From Takakia lepidozioides (Eukaryota; Plantae; Bryophyta), in the NCBI GenBank assembly GCA_030704615.1, contig CM060732.1, positions 68,696,001 through 68,760,000 on the forward strand: a stretch of 64,000 nt of DNA, in the 5' to 3' direction. How positions within the stretch are numbered: position 1 is the stretch's first letter; the number at the start of each line of letters is the position of its first letter. Below are positions 12,515-24,895 of this stretch, piece after piece. A program made the translations under genes and the position numbers. Under the pieces are notes generated by a model. That model made no database searches. It was not told the DNA's origin and was given only the letters and a program-made list of their open reading frames with translations.

Positions 12515-13476
12515 TTAAAGAGGTAGGCATAGAAGTTCTTGAATAGGAAACAAATCCAAATCAAAACCATTAGGAGGACCTCCAGGGGGAGGTATGCCTC
12601 CCGTTTGTGTGAAAACAAGAGCATTGAGAAGATGAATACTATATATTCCAATTCCAACTGAATCGCAAGCTGGATCTAACAACTGCGTTCCTGGATCAAG
12701 GCAACCATGCCCACGGCAAGGAGGAAGATTGCAAGGGACGTCTTGGCACTCGCATGGATGTCTGCTGTGCCAAAAGAAATGACATCCATTGGCACCGGTA
12801 GATTTCCTTGTGGTGGTATGAAACCGCTACACACGTTACAAAACCATCAATCCGATTTGGCCACCGCTTGAGGAAGATGTAGATATGCACCTCAGTGAAA
12901 ACTGAAATGTATATATCTACACAAGTCAAACAGAAAAGCATATGGGTGAGATTCTTTCTCATGGTACATAATACAGATAACACGAATGACTAATCAAATG
13001 TTGCAAATGTGAGTTTTCTCACCCGCCCTATCAACCAGGCTCTTGATTGACTGCGAAACTCCAACTTCCAAGATAATTGTTGGGAATGGCGTATCTCGGA
13101 TGTTCAAGGGGACGCCTGCAGGCGGCACATAATGGTGAATGAAAACAGCAACATCCACCTCGTAAACCTTGCCCGCAACTCTACATTCAACATCACAATT
13201 TGTGGATTCAATCGAATTGACTCCCCATCACCCAACGTGCTGCACCGCGTTGGGAAATCGTGAGTTCATGTCATTGTCCCAATGACATTGCATGCCAACG
13301 TTCTTGTTCTCCAACCACCGAAGAAAATTGGGTAAGTCAACCTCCGTAGCCAACACCAACTCGTCTCCATCTCCATCGTCATCGTCATCCCCGATCTGAG
13401 CCTTGCTCCACAAGACATTCCTTAGCCTATCAATCAAGGCCTATGAGAATCGCAATCTTCCTTTCGCGCGGGCCAT
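12515..13476 (-). pseudogene. Two-exon Uma2/PD-(D/E)xK restriction-endonuclease-fold gene resembling fungal Crinkler-associated REase families; disabled
   Basis: Exon 13476-13023, GT-AG intron 13022-12917, exon 12916-12515. Spliced peptide ..YEVDVAV..TPFPTIILEVGVSQSIKSLVDRA|DIYISVFTEVHIYIFLKRWPNRIDG..PVPMDVISFGTA..PACDSVGIGIYSI..GGIPPPGGPPNGFDLDLFPIQ. Two in-frame stops and at least two frameshifts. Confidence 0.65.
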
Positions 13477-14179
13477 GTTCTGTCAAGGGTGGCAGCAATA
13501 GTTTTGGCATCTTCTCGCAAGCGCACTAGAGAATACCCATCAATGCTTCAGACTTCTGTGCACACATTGCAAGCAGTCATTTTCTCATCACTCTCCACGT
13601 ATTCACAAATCACTCTGTTTCACACTCCCACTCATGACTTCATGTAGACCAGAGAAAGAAGAAAAGGAAATATATAACGCCAACAGGGACGACGAGGCCC
13701 ATGGGACAGCCTAAAACAAACCGACTACTACTTCAAGATACAATCCCACAACGAAGGGCCTCAAATAGGTAGGTTGCTGGGACCTTGGATTGGTAGAGAA
13801 ATAAAATATGTATTCCAGGAGCCCCAAAGGGCCAAGGGCCAGAATAAAAAGCAGAACCAAAGGAACTAAAGAAAGCAACGAAATGAATGGTACTTTAGAA
13901 ACTTTAAGAACTAAAGAAAGAGAAAGAAGCTCAGTTGACAGCATCCAAAGGAAGGGGACAAAGAGAAATTTATATAACACTTACAGGAAACCCAGTCATA
14001 GTACATTACAGCCACAAGGAACAAAGTGCTGTTACAGAGACCGAGGTTTTGGGTTTACAAACTTTTGTTAGGGGACTATGATTCCCGATTTGTTGGGACT
14101 TCTATCTTGAGGTGACGATCTCAAAATTATGTTGCCATGTGGTTTCCCCAAAGCCCTGCTTGAGAGCATTTAGTTTCTG

Positions 14180-15400
14180 GCACACATGTGCACTGGCATT
14201 CTGGCACATTTCCTGCGGAAAAGTTCTTCCTCTCTGAAACTCTGTCCTCGCTGAACGGACTGCCTAACCTGCTGTTCAATCCCAGCCCCTACCTGCTACT
14301 CAAGGAAGCAGGTTGAATCCTGCATCATGTGACTGGCAGGAAGAAGATGGTGCAGGAAGCATTGCGACAAAGTTTCCCACAGATCTCCGTCCCCTATCAA
14401 AAATTGGTGGCCGAAGAAGCTCTTCGCACCGGGACTCTTGTCGACCAAAGGCTAATTGCCTGCCAAAACTGTTTGCCAGGCCCTTAACGGAGATTGGCCT
14501 TTCTTTTTCAATGTGAAGTGCTCCCTGCCAGAGGTGTACACTTTGCTTAGAAGGGGTCAAAAAACTCAGAAGGCCTTCAGAGAGTCATTAACGTGTTCAG
14601 TAAGCAGTCGGGTCGATTGTCGGTCTTGGTTCCTGCCCAGCAGCTGTGTCGACCGATTGTTCAGAGAAATCGCAGATGAGTCCGGGTGTTATTGATGTTT
14701 TGAAAAGCACGGTCTCCCCATCTTCACAGGCAGATGTTTGGAGTCAAGGTTCAAGTTGTCACCCAACTCTTCAGACGTTGCCCAACTCTGCCACGGAAAA
14801 GAGTTTCGTCTGGCAGCCAGTGTTATTGTATGATTCGTCATTCCTCATCTTCGATATATCGAAGCATTGACATAAGGCATCTTGAAAATTAACTGACCAT
14901 CTAAAGAAAGAAGAAAGAATCATCGATTCAAGGCATGAAGACATGTGACTCATACCTCAGCATCAAGTTTGAATGCACCCTCTGCCTTGTCATGTTTGTT
15001 TTTGTCTGGATGCAGCAACAAAGCTGCAATATACAGTCAAACCTGGAGAAATGTTATGCTCCAAGAGTAGGAACTCTATAACAATTAGGCAAGTATATCA
15101 AATAACAGTAAAACAGGTTGAAATTTCATACCGTAACAATTAGAAATTTAACATTAAAACAGGTCCTTCAGATGTAAGATAACATTTAGAGAGAGGGCAG
15201 AAGTAATCTCTCTCTGCCGGCAGTTCGTCTGCTTAGCAATATGCAATTCCTTCTCCATGGATAAACACTTTGAAAGAGCAGCACCAGTACTGTAAGCCTG
15301 TTATGCAAGATACAACTGAACCGTTTTTATAGGCCCTTTTGACCTCAGAGTAAGAGACTGAAGGTACATCCGAGGCTACTAATTCTTCTTCATCGTCCTC
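14180..15400 (-). pseudogene. J-domain (DnaJ) protein remnant with introns
   Basis: SYSEVKRAYKN (~15365-15323) splices to ALLLHPDKNKHDKAEGAFKLDAE (~15024-14957, followed by donor gtatga). The downstream exon has stops and no upstream start was found. Confidence 0.6.
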
Positions 15401-17519
15401 ATGCATTTCTTCACTTGCTGCAACCATATCCCATATTTCCTCATCGGCTCAAATGGCTCAGTCACATTGAATTGATCTTCAAACTCGAGGTATTCTAGCG
15501 TGTCCATAGTAGGCACCGTAGTAGGCGAGTCAATGTCACGATGGGCCGAGAGCTCAGCAAACTGTTCTAATAACCTGTCAATCTCTACAACCTTGGCCAT
15601 TTCAATATTAAAATGGCCATCTCAATAGTTCAAATGGCCATTTCAATAGCGAATTTGAATTTCAATATTATTACTATTTTTATTTTATTATTATTATTTC
15701 ATTGAATGTAATAATTACATAGGTGTCTTAACAAAGAGGAGAGTAGGTATCTAATAACAAATAACAAATAACACTCTTTTTGTCATTCTTAGTGTATATT
15801 TTTACAAAGTAAGAAAACCATAACATTTAGGATGATATAACAAAAAAAGAGGTAACATTTATCCAGTTTTGATTGTAGGCCACAGCCACAGCGGAAAAAT
15901 TGATCGACAAAGCACAACCCTAGTTGTATCACTACAAACAAAATAGAAAAGCTCGAATCGTGATAAGAAGCATTGAGGTTGAGTAAAAAAGGTTTCTCCA
16001 TAGAATCTTACTTCTTCAGCAATTTTCACAACGAGCAACAAAATTAGAGCTTTCCTCTCACTCACCGAGTTGGCGTTATCGTTTTTTGATGGCATCATTG
16101 TCGGCTTTCTCATCCACTTGCTACCAAAACTTCAAGTTTAGAGACAGAGCCACAAAGACTAACTTATACTCATTGGGGGGTTATCCCTCATTACCTCTAC
16201 AAGTTCTATTAATTTATTATGTCATGGTTTGCATTTTTTGGGGGGCCCTGCGGGTACAGAGCCCCTTAGGTACTAGTAAGTAGTAAGTAGTAAAAATAGA
16301 TAATAAGATGCAGGGGAAGAGAGCCCAGCTCTCTTTATATACCCTTGGGGGGACGGTGGGACCCTTCTAGAAGGCCGCAAGTCGTGGGACCTTCTAGAAG
16401 GCTGCCCTAACACACGTCACTCCTACAAACCACCACGCCTGCTTACCCCAATCCAACCATGAACCATCTCCTATTTAATAGGTCTTACTTTCCTACCCCC
16501 CCCCCTCCCCCCTTACAGGACAGTTATTAATTGAACTCTTGTTGTAGCTTACTATAACTCCCGCTTCATAATTCCTGGACCTCTCTCTAATCCCCGTACC
16601 CACTTTCAAACCTGGGCCCCTTATTGAAAGCAGCGAACTGGGTATCCAGCAAGCAAGATAGGGTTTAAGGATTAGGATATGGGGTTTACGTTAGAGGCTG
16701 AGCTAATTTGTGAAAGATTTGTAGATGAACATGGAGGATGTTGAACTTGTTATTGTACTTTGTGTTCTCTTCTGCTTAAGGAAACTTCTCCATCAAGAAA
16801 CCTCATAGTAGCCAGTATATATAGGAGGCGAGACTGGACACTCTTCAGTCTCACCAACACCAGTTCAAGCTACTCTTGTTGTTCCCAGTACTCTAGCCCA
16901 GTTTCCAGTATCTGGTACTCTAGTCCAGTTTCCAGCATTCCAGTATTCAAGGGAGTGTGAAGGCATGCATGGGGGATGGACGACGATGGCATGCCCAGGA
17001 TGGGAGACGGGATGGGGATGCGGGTGAGGACACGTCTCATGTCCCCGCAGCGGGCACATGAGGCGCGGGGAGGCGTGCCGCGCGGCAGCGGCCGTGCGGT
17101 GTGTGGGCGACGGAGGCGGGGGTGGGCATGGGGTGGCGGGGGGGGTCCACGCTGGCTGAACCGGCTCCCTCGCATTCAACTCCAGGCCCCATCTAATGTT
17201 TGGCACTACCCCCTATGTATAAAGTCTTGCAACGAGGGCTTTACGCGATTCAAGATTTCATAGCCCCCAGGGCGGTAGCCCGAGGGCGTGGGAAGCTTGA
17301 ATTACGTAAAGATCGCGTTACAGGACTGTACCTCCTGTAAAAACTGAATACATATCCAGAATATCCAGAATTACAAGGTTACAAGGTCCTGAATTACTGG
17401 TCTTTTTATGCGTAATCTGAGATTACGGTAGAAACTCACAAGTTTCTAGTAGCATGTGCAATGTCTGCCATGATTGTGCCATGGGGTCCCCAGGGCTCGT
17501 TACTAGTTGCCTCAAGGAC

Positions 17520-17741
17520 CTTTAAACAAATGAGGTATCTTGATGGAGAAGTTTCCTCCAAGGAAGCTTCATGAGCAGTTTCTCAAATTACTCTTGGTAA
17601 TTTGGTAAACTTCTGGTAATTTGGTAATTAATGATAATTTATAGTAAATTATGGTAGATCGTGGTAACTTTTGATAATATAATAATTTAGTAACTTTTGG
17701 TATTTACTCCTAGTAAGTTCCCATGGGCTATGTCCGTGACA
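17520..17741 (-). repeat. 3' LTR, U3 part; the continuation lies inverted at 16776-16950
   Basis: Matches 23400-23621. 16776-16950 is the reverse complement of ~23228-23405. Confidence 0.85.
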
Positions 17742-20700
17742 TCACCTCCTCCTCTAGCGCCGAGTTCCTTGAGGAGCGATAAAATCTTGGTCTTGCTTAG
17801 AGCTGGAGAAAATCCAAAATCCGACGAATGATACTTGCCAAGTATTCGGCTCTTCGTTCTGGACTCAAATGATTTACAGGTCCTTGCAACCATCGATAGC
17901 GTCCAACACCTTGAACTTGGGACCACGCAGTGATTTGAGCATTCTGATTTTCAAAACTGCTTTTAAACATGATTTCGTTGCCCTCTGGGTCCTCAGCCTC
18001 AACCTCCAATAGAATTATCAGACTTCGAGTAGGCTCCACTTGCCGTCGTACGGTGTCCAGACGAAGAAGTACGCGTCGCGTTGGTGGCTCATCGTCTCAA
18101 GAGCGTCGGCGTGATGTTGAAGGTCGTGAAAGTCGAAACGGCTGATCTGGTAGTTGGGTAAGCGACAGCTCCAATGGATCTGGTTCTTGTGACTTCATGC
18201 TGCCAATACAAGATGCAAGAGTGCTGGAAGTGTAGCTATATATTGATGTGTGATGTTCCTTCCTCCTTAGCGTGTATTAGGTACACTGAATGTGGAGTCT
18301 TCATCTTGAAGCTAACTTGGCTGACATCATCGTTGTGACGTCTTATTGACGTGGAACTCGGGGCTTAGCTGGATATCGTTAATGAAACTCTTGGACTTTG
18401 TCAGATGCATTGGCGAGGTTGGATGAAGGTTCCTACGTTCGTTCACTGATGTCGTAGCATTTCCAATGTACGAAATACTCAAGACGTTTATACTTGATGC
18501 AAAAGTCTAGGACTTCGTCGACTTCATACTCAATTTCCTGATTGACTTCAATTGGTGGAGGTGGTACAGAGACTCTCCCTGGAATATTTGATGGATGATA
18601 CAACTCCAATAATGAAACATGAAATACTGGATGGATGCGCATACTTCGTGGGAGTTCAAGCCGAAAACTGACTTGATTTATTTGTCGAATAATTTTGAAT
18701 GATCCCAGGCGTTGATAATCCAACTTCATTGATGGTCGCGAGGTTTGTATGTCCCGTCAAAGAAGTCACACACGATCTCCGATCTTGAACTGGGGTTGGA
18801 GTTGGCGACGTTGATCTGCATACTTCTTACATTGTTTTTGAGCTTCTGCGAGGTGGAATGTAAGCTCTTTGTGAATCGTAGCAAGATGAGTAGCAAGGTT
18901 TTCTGCAGTAGGGCTTCCAACAGTCTTCATGTGGAAAGGGTTTGCTGGAGGATGATGACCATAATTGGAGAAAAATGAAGTTTGTTTGGTCGAAGAATGT
19001 ATAGTGTTGTTGTAGGCAAACTCAGCCAATGATAGAAGGTCCGTCCAATTATCTTGATGATAATTTATTGTACAGCGAAGATACTGCTCCAAAATCTGGT
19101 TTACACGTTCGGTTTGACCATCAGTCTGTGGATGATTAGCTGTAGAGAGGTTGATCTTAGTATCCAATATGTGAAATAATCCCCTCCAGAAATTTGATTT
19201 GAACTGTGGTCCTCGATCAGATATGATGTCCTTCGGGAGTCCATGAATGCGGTAGATATTATTAAGGAAGAGTCTTGCAATTTCCTCGCCGGCAACCGTC
19301 TTATTACATGGAATGAAATAAAACGATCGTAAAACGTCTTCGTAAAACGATCTACAATAACAATGATTGAATAGGTGGTCTTGGAAATTGGAAGGTCCGT
19401 AATAAAGTCCATAGATACGGACGACCATGGACCCTTGGGAATAGGTAATGGTTGAAGAAAGCCGTAAAATCGATATCGTGGTCCATTCGCTCTAGTACAC
19501 GTGTCGCAAGATTTCATAAATTCTTTTACGAGTTTCCACATCTGCGGCCACCAATAGTCCTTGGATATCAATTCCATTGTTTTGTTGAAGCCGAAATGTC
19601 CTGCAGCCGGAAGATCATGACATGTTTGAAGAATTCGAAGTCGTGTAAGTCATGGAGGTACATAGAGAAGTCCATTGAAATAAAGTAAGTCATCTTTGAA
19701 TTCGAAGTCGTTTGTAATATGTGAGTTGTCTCGAGATCGATTTAGTTGACTTCGTAGTGTCGTAGAAAATTGGTCGTTATTCAGTGCTTCTTGAATCTCC
19801 TTTATGATCTTTACATCGTTATAGGTGGACATAAATAGCATATTCAATTGGAGATTTGTTGGTTTCAAGATGATGGATTTCTGTTGATCAAAAGCTGCAT
19901 CCACTTCTATTGGCGCAAGATACGATCGTCGAGAAAGAGCATCTGGTTTTTCTTGAAGATGCCCGGGACGGTAGGTAATAACAAAATCAAACCTTGCTAG
20001 TGACATACTCCAGCTCGCTTGACGTCGATTCAAAACACGAGCACTCATAAAATACTCGAGGTTTTTGTGATCGGTATAGACAGTGACATGATGTTTAGCT
20101 CCCTCCAATAGATAATGTCACTCCTCAAAAACATCGATAATCGCTAGAAGTTCTTTGTCATGGATTTTATAATTAATCTCCGCAGCGGAAAATTTGCGAG
20201 AACGAAAACCAACAGGGTGAAGTCGGCCATCTGTACCGTATTGAGAAATTACCGCGCCAAGTGCAAAGTCCGATGCATCTGCTTAAAAAAAAAATGGTTT
20301 AGATGGGTCTGCATGAACCAATATTGGAGTCGTTGTAAATGTCTGCTTCAGTCTTTCAAATGTTTGGTCAGCCTTCTCGTCCCATACAAATTTATCCTTC
20401 CCTGTGAGTCGTGTCAATGGTGCAGCAATTTTGGAATAGTCTTTGATGAAGATTCTATAGAAATTTGCAAATCCTAGAAAATATTGTACATCTCGGACCA
20501 AAGTTGGTTTAATCCACTCGATGATGGTTTGTACTTTCTTCCAATCCATAAAGACTCATTTGTCAGAAATAATGTAGCCTAAAAATTCGACTTCAGATTG
20601 GTGAAAAAATTATTTTTTCAACTTGGCATATAGTCTTTTTTCCCTCAATTTATCAAGGACAAGGCGTACATGACGATCATGTTCTTCTTCATTCTGTGAA

Positions 20701-23126
20701 AATATCAAAATGTCGTTCAAATAGATGACTACAAAGTTATCTAAAAATTCTCGAAAGATGTCATTCATCATGTGTTGAAAAATTGTTGGAGCATTTGTAA
20801 GACCGAAAGGCATAACACTGTATTCAAAATGTTCGTACCTTGTGCGAAAAGCAGTCTTCCATTTGTTTTGTTTTTTTTATTCGTACAAGGTTGTAAGCTC
20901 CTCTTCAGTCAATCTTTGTGAAAAGAATTGCTCGTCCAAGTTGTTCGAGGAGTTCGGAAATCAGCGGTAGTGGGTAACGATTTTTTGTAGGGACTTTGTT
21001 GAGTCCACGATAGTCCACACACATGCATAACGATCCGTCATTTTTCTTCACAAATAAGATAGGTGCTCCCGCGGATGATTTTGAATGTCGAATGAAATTC
21101 TTTGACAAATTTTCATCAATGTATTCGCATAAAGCAGCCAGCTCTGTCTGAGATAAATTGTAGATCCGGCCGAATGGTGGTTGAGCTCCTTCTTGCAATT
21201 CAATTGCACAATCATAAGGTCGATGTTCTGGCAACATGTCTGCATTTTTTTTCTCGAAGACATATTTGAAATCTTCATATTAAGTGGGTAATGTCGAAGT
21301 ACCTTGGTCTGTTGTGGTTTTGATCGGAGTCGCAAAAAGTGCAAATGTCGCGTCTTTCTTTGTAGCTCTCATGAAGGCTCTAGCTCCAAGAAACAGGGGT
21401 TGAATATCTTTGGTACGTTTGCATTTTTGTCTTGCCGAAATTTTTCGTGATCGCCAGTCGATGTCAAGATTATGAAGTACAAACCAGGGAAGTCCACGGA
21501 TCACAGAATTCGTTGGAGACTAATGACATTGAAAACAATCTGTGATGCTTGATTTTTAAGCTTCACTTCAAGGGGTCGAGTTTCATGGTCAATATTTCCT
21601 GATGCTAACGGTCGTCCATCGATGACTTCAACAAGGGCCGATAATTTCTTTCTTACGAGTGTTAAATTGTGTTGATTCGCAAAGTCTTTGTCAATAAAAC
21701 ACACTGAAGCGTCCGAGTCCAAGTGCTTCCACGGAGATATCTCGATTTTGCATCCTGATCTTTACTGGAACTGTGAAACAAGGTACATGGTCTGGAGGTA
21801 GAAAAAGATTTTTTTTTTGTGAGGAATTTGGGGTATCCAGCCGCATGGTCCTTACTGTGACTGGACATCTTCGTTTTCCGACCTCCTTGTATCGAACACT
21901 TGAGTTGTGCCCCGAGCTTTGAATCTTTTCTTGTTGGGGCAGTTTAATGCTATGTGATCATCTTCTCCGCAATAAAGGCATAATCCATTCGAGCGTCGTC
22001 TTTGTTTTTCTTGTGGCGTCAATGGCGTGAATCGGACAGCATCAATCTGCATAGGATCATTACCAGATGTCTGATGGATCGTTATGTTTGGTGCCGTAGT
22101 AGCAGCGGCATGGTGCGTCGTCGACCATCCAGATCGCTTCTCTTGGCATCTTTCGAATAAACGATTATCGCATGCAATGACTTGGGTGATGAATTCGCTC
22201 AGTGTACTCACGTTTGGCATTGTCAGCAACAAATCTTTTACATCTTCTTTTAGGCCACATCGAAACTGACTAATGAGGCTCTTCTCATTCCAGTCGAGGT
22301 CGCACGCAAGTTGTCGAAATTCGGCAACATGCACGGAAGCTGGACGTGCTCATTGTCGAAGATTTTGCATCTTTGTCTCTACAACTCTCTCTCTATCATT
22401 CTCTCCAAACGCCCTCTTACAGGTCTTTCACAAGTTTCAAATCAATCTAAAATGGTTAAAATGGTGAATCAATCATGAACATATCAAATGATTTTGGAGT
22501 GTTTTAAAGCTTTGCAAGTGTCTTTCACATGCCATTTTAAAGGTACCGGACAAGTAGTGAACTCGGACATGAACGCTTCAAAATTGTATAGTAATGCGAA
22601 TTTTTCACTAATAGCGGTGCAAACCAAAATAGGGCAGTGTCTGATAGAAGGGTGCCCACAAATCCCACTTGAATACCTTCATCAGGGTAATGTTGTGGAT
22701 GTAGTCGTAGGAACTTGTTGAACAAAACCACAAAATCTTGATCTCATCCTATCTAATTTTTCGGGCATGCTGACCTTTGGTTCCTTTGTAATTTGTTGAA
22801 GATTTGGAGGAACCATTGCAGTAGGATTGGTTGTAGTATTGTACCTCTAGTCTTATCTCTTGTTTGTGTTCAGTCATGTTTTCGTCCTTGACAGTTTGGC
22901 GAGACTAAAGTTTGTTCCTTAGTTAGTTAAGATGGAAGGCACATTTGCGGAAATGGTCGCCACATTGCAGAGTCTTCAGCTCCAGATGCAAGAACTTCGT
23001 GCATCTACTGGGCAACTACAAGCTGATCAGTCTCAAGATCTTGACAACGCTCTCAACAATTTGCAACAACAAATTTCAAAGTTGAAGGAGTCGAACAATG
23101 GATCTTCAACCTTACGAGTGACTAGA

Positions 23127-23621
23127 CAAGAAGTCAAGGTTGGCGTGGCCGAATGCACGATGAGTAAATAAGAATCAAGACGATCTTTATAACAATGAAC
23201 AAGAGTACAAGATATTGGAACACGACTTGAATACTGGAATGTTGGAAACTGGACTGGAGTACCAGATACTGGAAACTGGGCTAGAGTACTGGGAACTGGA
23301 AACAAGAGTAGCTTGAACTGGTGTTTGCGAGACTGAAGAGTGTCCAGTCTCGCCTCCTATATATACTGGCAACTATGAGGTTTCTTGATGGAGAAGTTTC
23401 TTTAAACAAAGGAAGTATCTTGATGGAGAAGTTTCCTCCAAAGAAGCTTCATCAGCAGTTTCCCAAATTACTCTTGGTAATTTGGTAAACTTCCGGTAAC
23501 TTGGTAACTAATGGTAACTTATGATAGATCATGGTAGATCACGGTAACTTTTGGTAACATGGTAACTTAGAAACTTTTGGTATTTATTCCTGGTAAGTTC
23601 CTCTGGGCTATGTCCGTGACA
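23127..23621 (-). repeat. 5' LTR of the chromovirus; its terminal part lies inverted at 22853-22893
   Basis: Starts TGTCAC at 23621, with TATA box at 23358-23365. The matching end ..TTGACA is at 22893 on the plus strand, followed by the PBS and gag ATG. Confidence 0.85.
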
Positions 23622-23964
23622 GTACCAGCAGACTATTATGTAGGGGTAGTCTCCCCATGTAAGCCTTCACGGCCTCATGAGTGGTTATTTTTTCCACTCC
23701 CTCGAACTTTTGTATTCCTTGGACTTTTTGTCCATTATTTATAAAAATCTTGAGGCCTATGTCCGGTTTTTTTAAAATATATACCATTTCTAGCCAACTA
23801 ACCGTAAATTGCAACCACAGTAAAGGAAGATAATAAGAGAATGTAAGAACTTAATGCACAAATGCAACCTCTGACAGGATAGTACGCTGGTTACATTTAT
23901 ACTTAACCATAGTAAAATTTCGAGATCAGGTGTGAGTTACATCAAGAGGAGTTATACTCCATTC

Positions 23965-24235
23965 TGTATAACCCCGAGTGGAGTTACACACCTCGACGTG
24001 TAACCCGATGTAACCCCAAGTGGAGTTACACACCTCGACATGTAACCCGATGTAACCCCAAGTGGAGTTACACACCTCGACGTGTAACCCGATGTAATCC
24101 CAAGTGGAGTTACACACCTCGACGTGTAACCCGATGTAACCCCAAGTGGAGTTACACACCTCGACGTGTAACCCGATGTAATCCCAAGTGGAGTTACACA
24201 CCTTGTCGTGTAACCCAGTGTAACCCCGACTCGAG
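23965..24235. repeat. 42-bp tandem minisatellite, ~6 copies, each with an internal GTTACAC-N8-GTGTAAC palindrome
   Basis: Unit CCCAAGTGGAGTTACACACCTCGACGTGTAACCCGATGTAAC repeated head to tail with no spacers. Confidence 0.95.
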
Positions 24236-24349
24236 TTTACACTCCTTCAGTTCCGTGTCACTCTCAAGAGAGGGTGGGGAAGATTTGACCAGAGTTATAT
24301 GAGAAACCGGGGTTACAGAGGGTTACACTATCGGGGTTCCACTACAAGT

Positions 24350-24420
24350 GCCTCCCATCAAGAATCGAACCCTGAACCCCGCCGCTTACAACGCTATCTC
24401 CTTACCATCATGCTACCCAC
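24350..24420 (-). mobile_element. tRNA-derived SINE head or tRNA-like relic
   Basis: Minus strand GGTAGCATGATGG (A-box-like) ... GGTTCGATTC (B box); no clean cloverleaf. Confidence 0.5.
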
Positions 24421-24754
24421 CACAACTTACAACCGTATTGGATTCTTAAGTATCTAATAGTGAAACCTAGGTAAGAGGGGGTGGGGAGGATTTTATAGGG
24501 GCCCCATCAGAGGAGCCCAGGTTGCCGGGATGCGGCGAAAGTACTGTCCGATCACACGTGTCCATTAAGTCCTTACATTATTCATATTGTCTTCCCACAG
24601 TAAATATGGCATCTCATTTTTTAATATTAGCGTCTTGAATGCATCATAGGCCCCGCCAGTACGGCCCATGGGGTGAACTCATAAGCCCACTGCCCATTCA
24701 CCGGGTCGGCCAGATTCTGAATTTTTTGTAAGTTCTTGTTCATCTACCGCGACG

Positions 24755-24895
24755 GACCTTCTAGCGGACTGGGTAGACCCTCCAACAGACCGACTCCAAC
24801 CTTCTAGCGGACAGGCAGACTCTCCAGTAGATCGACGAGCGGACTAGCAGACCCTCCAGCAGACCGACGAGCCGACTAGCACACCCTTCGACAAA
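24755..24895. repeat. Degenerate ~32-bp tandem repeat (ccctccagcagaccgacgagcggactagcaga-like)
   Basis: Three to four diverged units are visible. Confidence 0.55.

Larger units (their letters stand above)
16776..23621 (-). mobile_element. Ty3/gypsy chromovirus (Tcn1/Tf1-like), near full length, degenerate and internally rearranged
   Basis: Gag with CCHC (CLYCGEDDHIALNC), protease DSDAS, RT ([18 protein letters not shown]), RNase H (TDHKNL), integrase (SMDFITDLP, HPQTDGQTERVNQ) and chromodomain (EYEVDEVLD..YFVHWK). PPT AGAGGAGGAGGTGA abuts the LTR start TGTCACGG at 17741. Confidence 0.93.

Noticed and set aside
13228-13445. In-frame stops repaired by U-to-C RNA editing
   Set aside because: Such editing is known for organellar transcripts. 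This locus is nuclear and also frameshifted, so C-to-T decay is the simpler explanation.
16950-17210. GC-rich ORFs (Pro/Arg/Gly-rich)
   Set aside because: Low-complexity GC-rich sequence is open in several frames; there is no evidence of coding.
23965-24235. CRISPR array, or a 14-aa repeat protein (ORF 23926-24201)
   Set aside because: Units are contiguous with no unique spacers, no cas genes are present and the context is eukaryotic. The ORF is a by-product of the 42-bp period.
24339-24347. CACTACAAG as a CACTA terminal inverted repeat
   Set aside because: No partner TIR was found, and it runs directly into a tRNA-like sequence.
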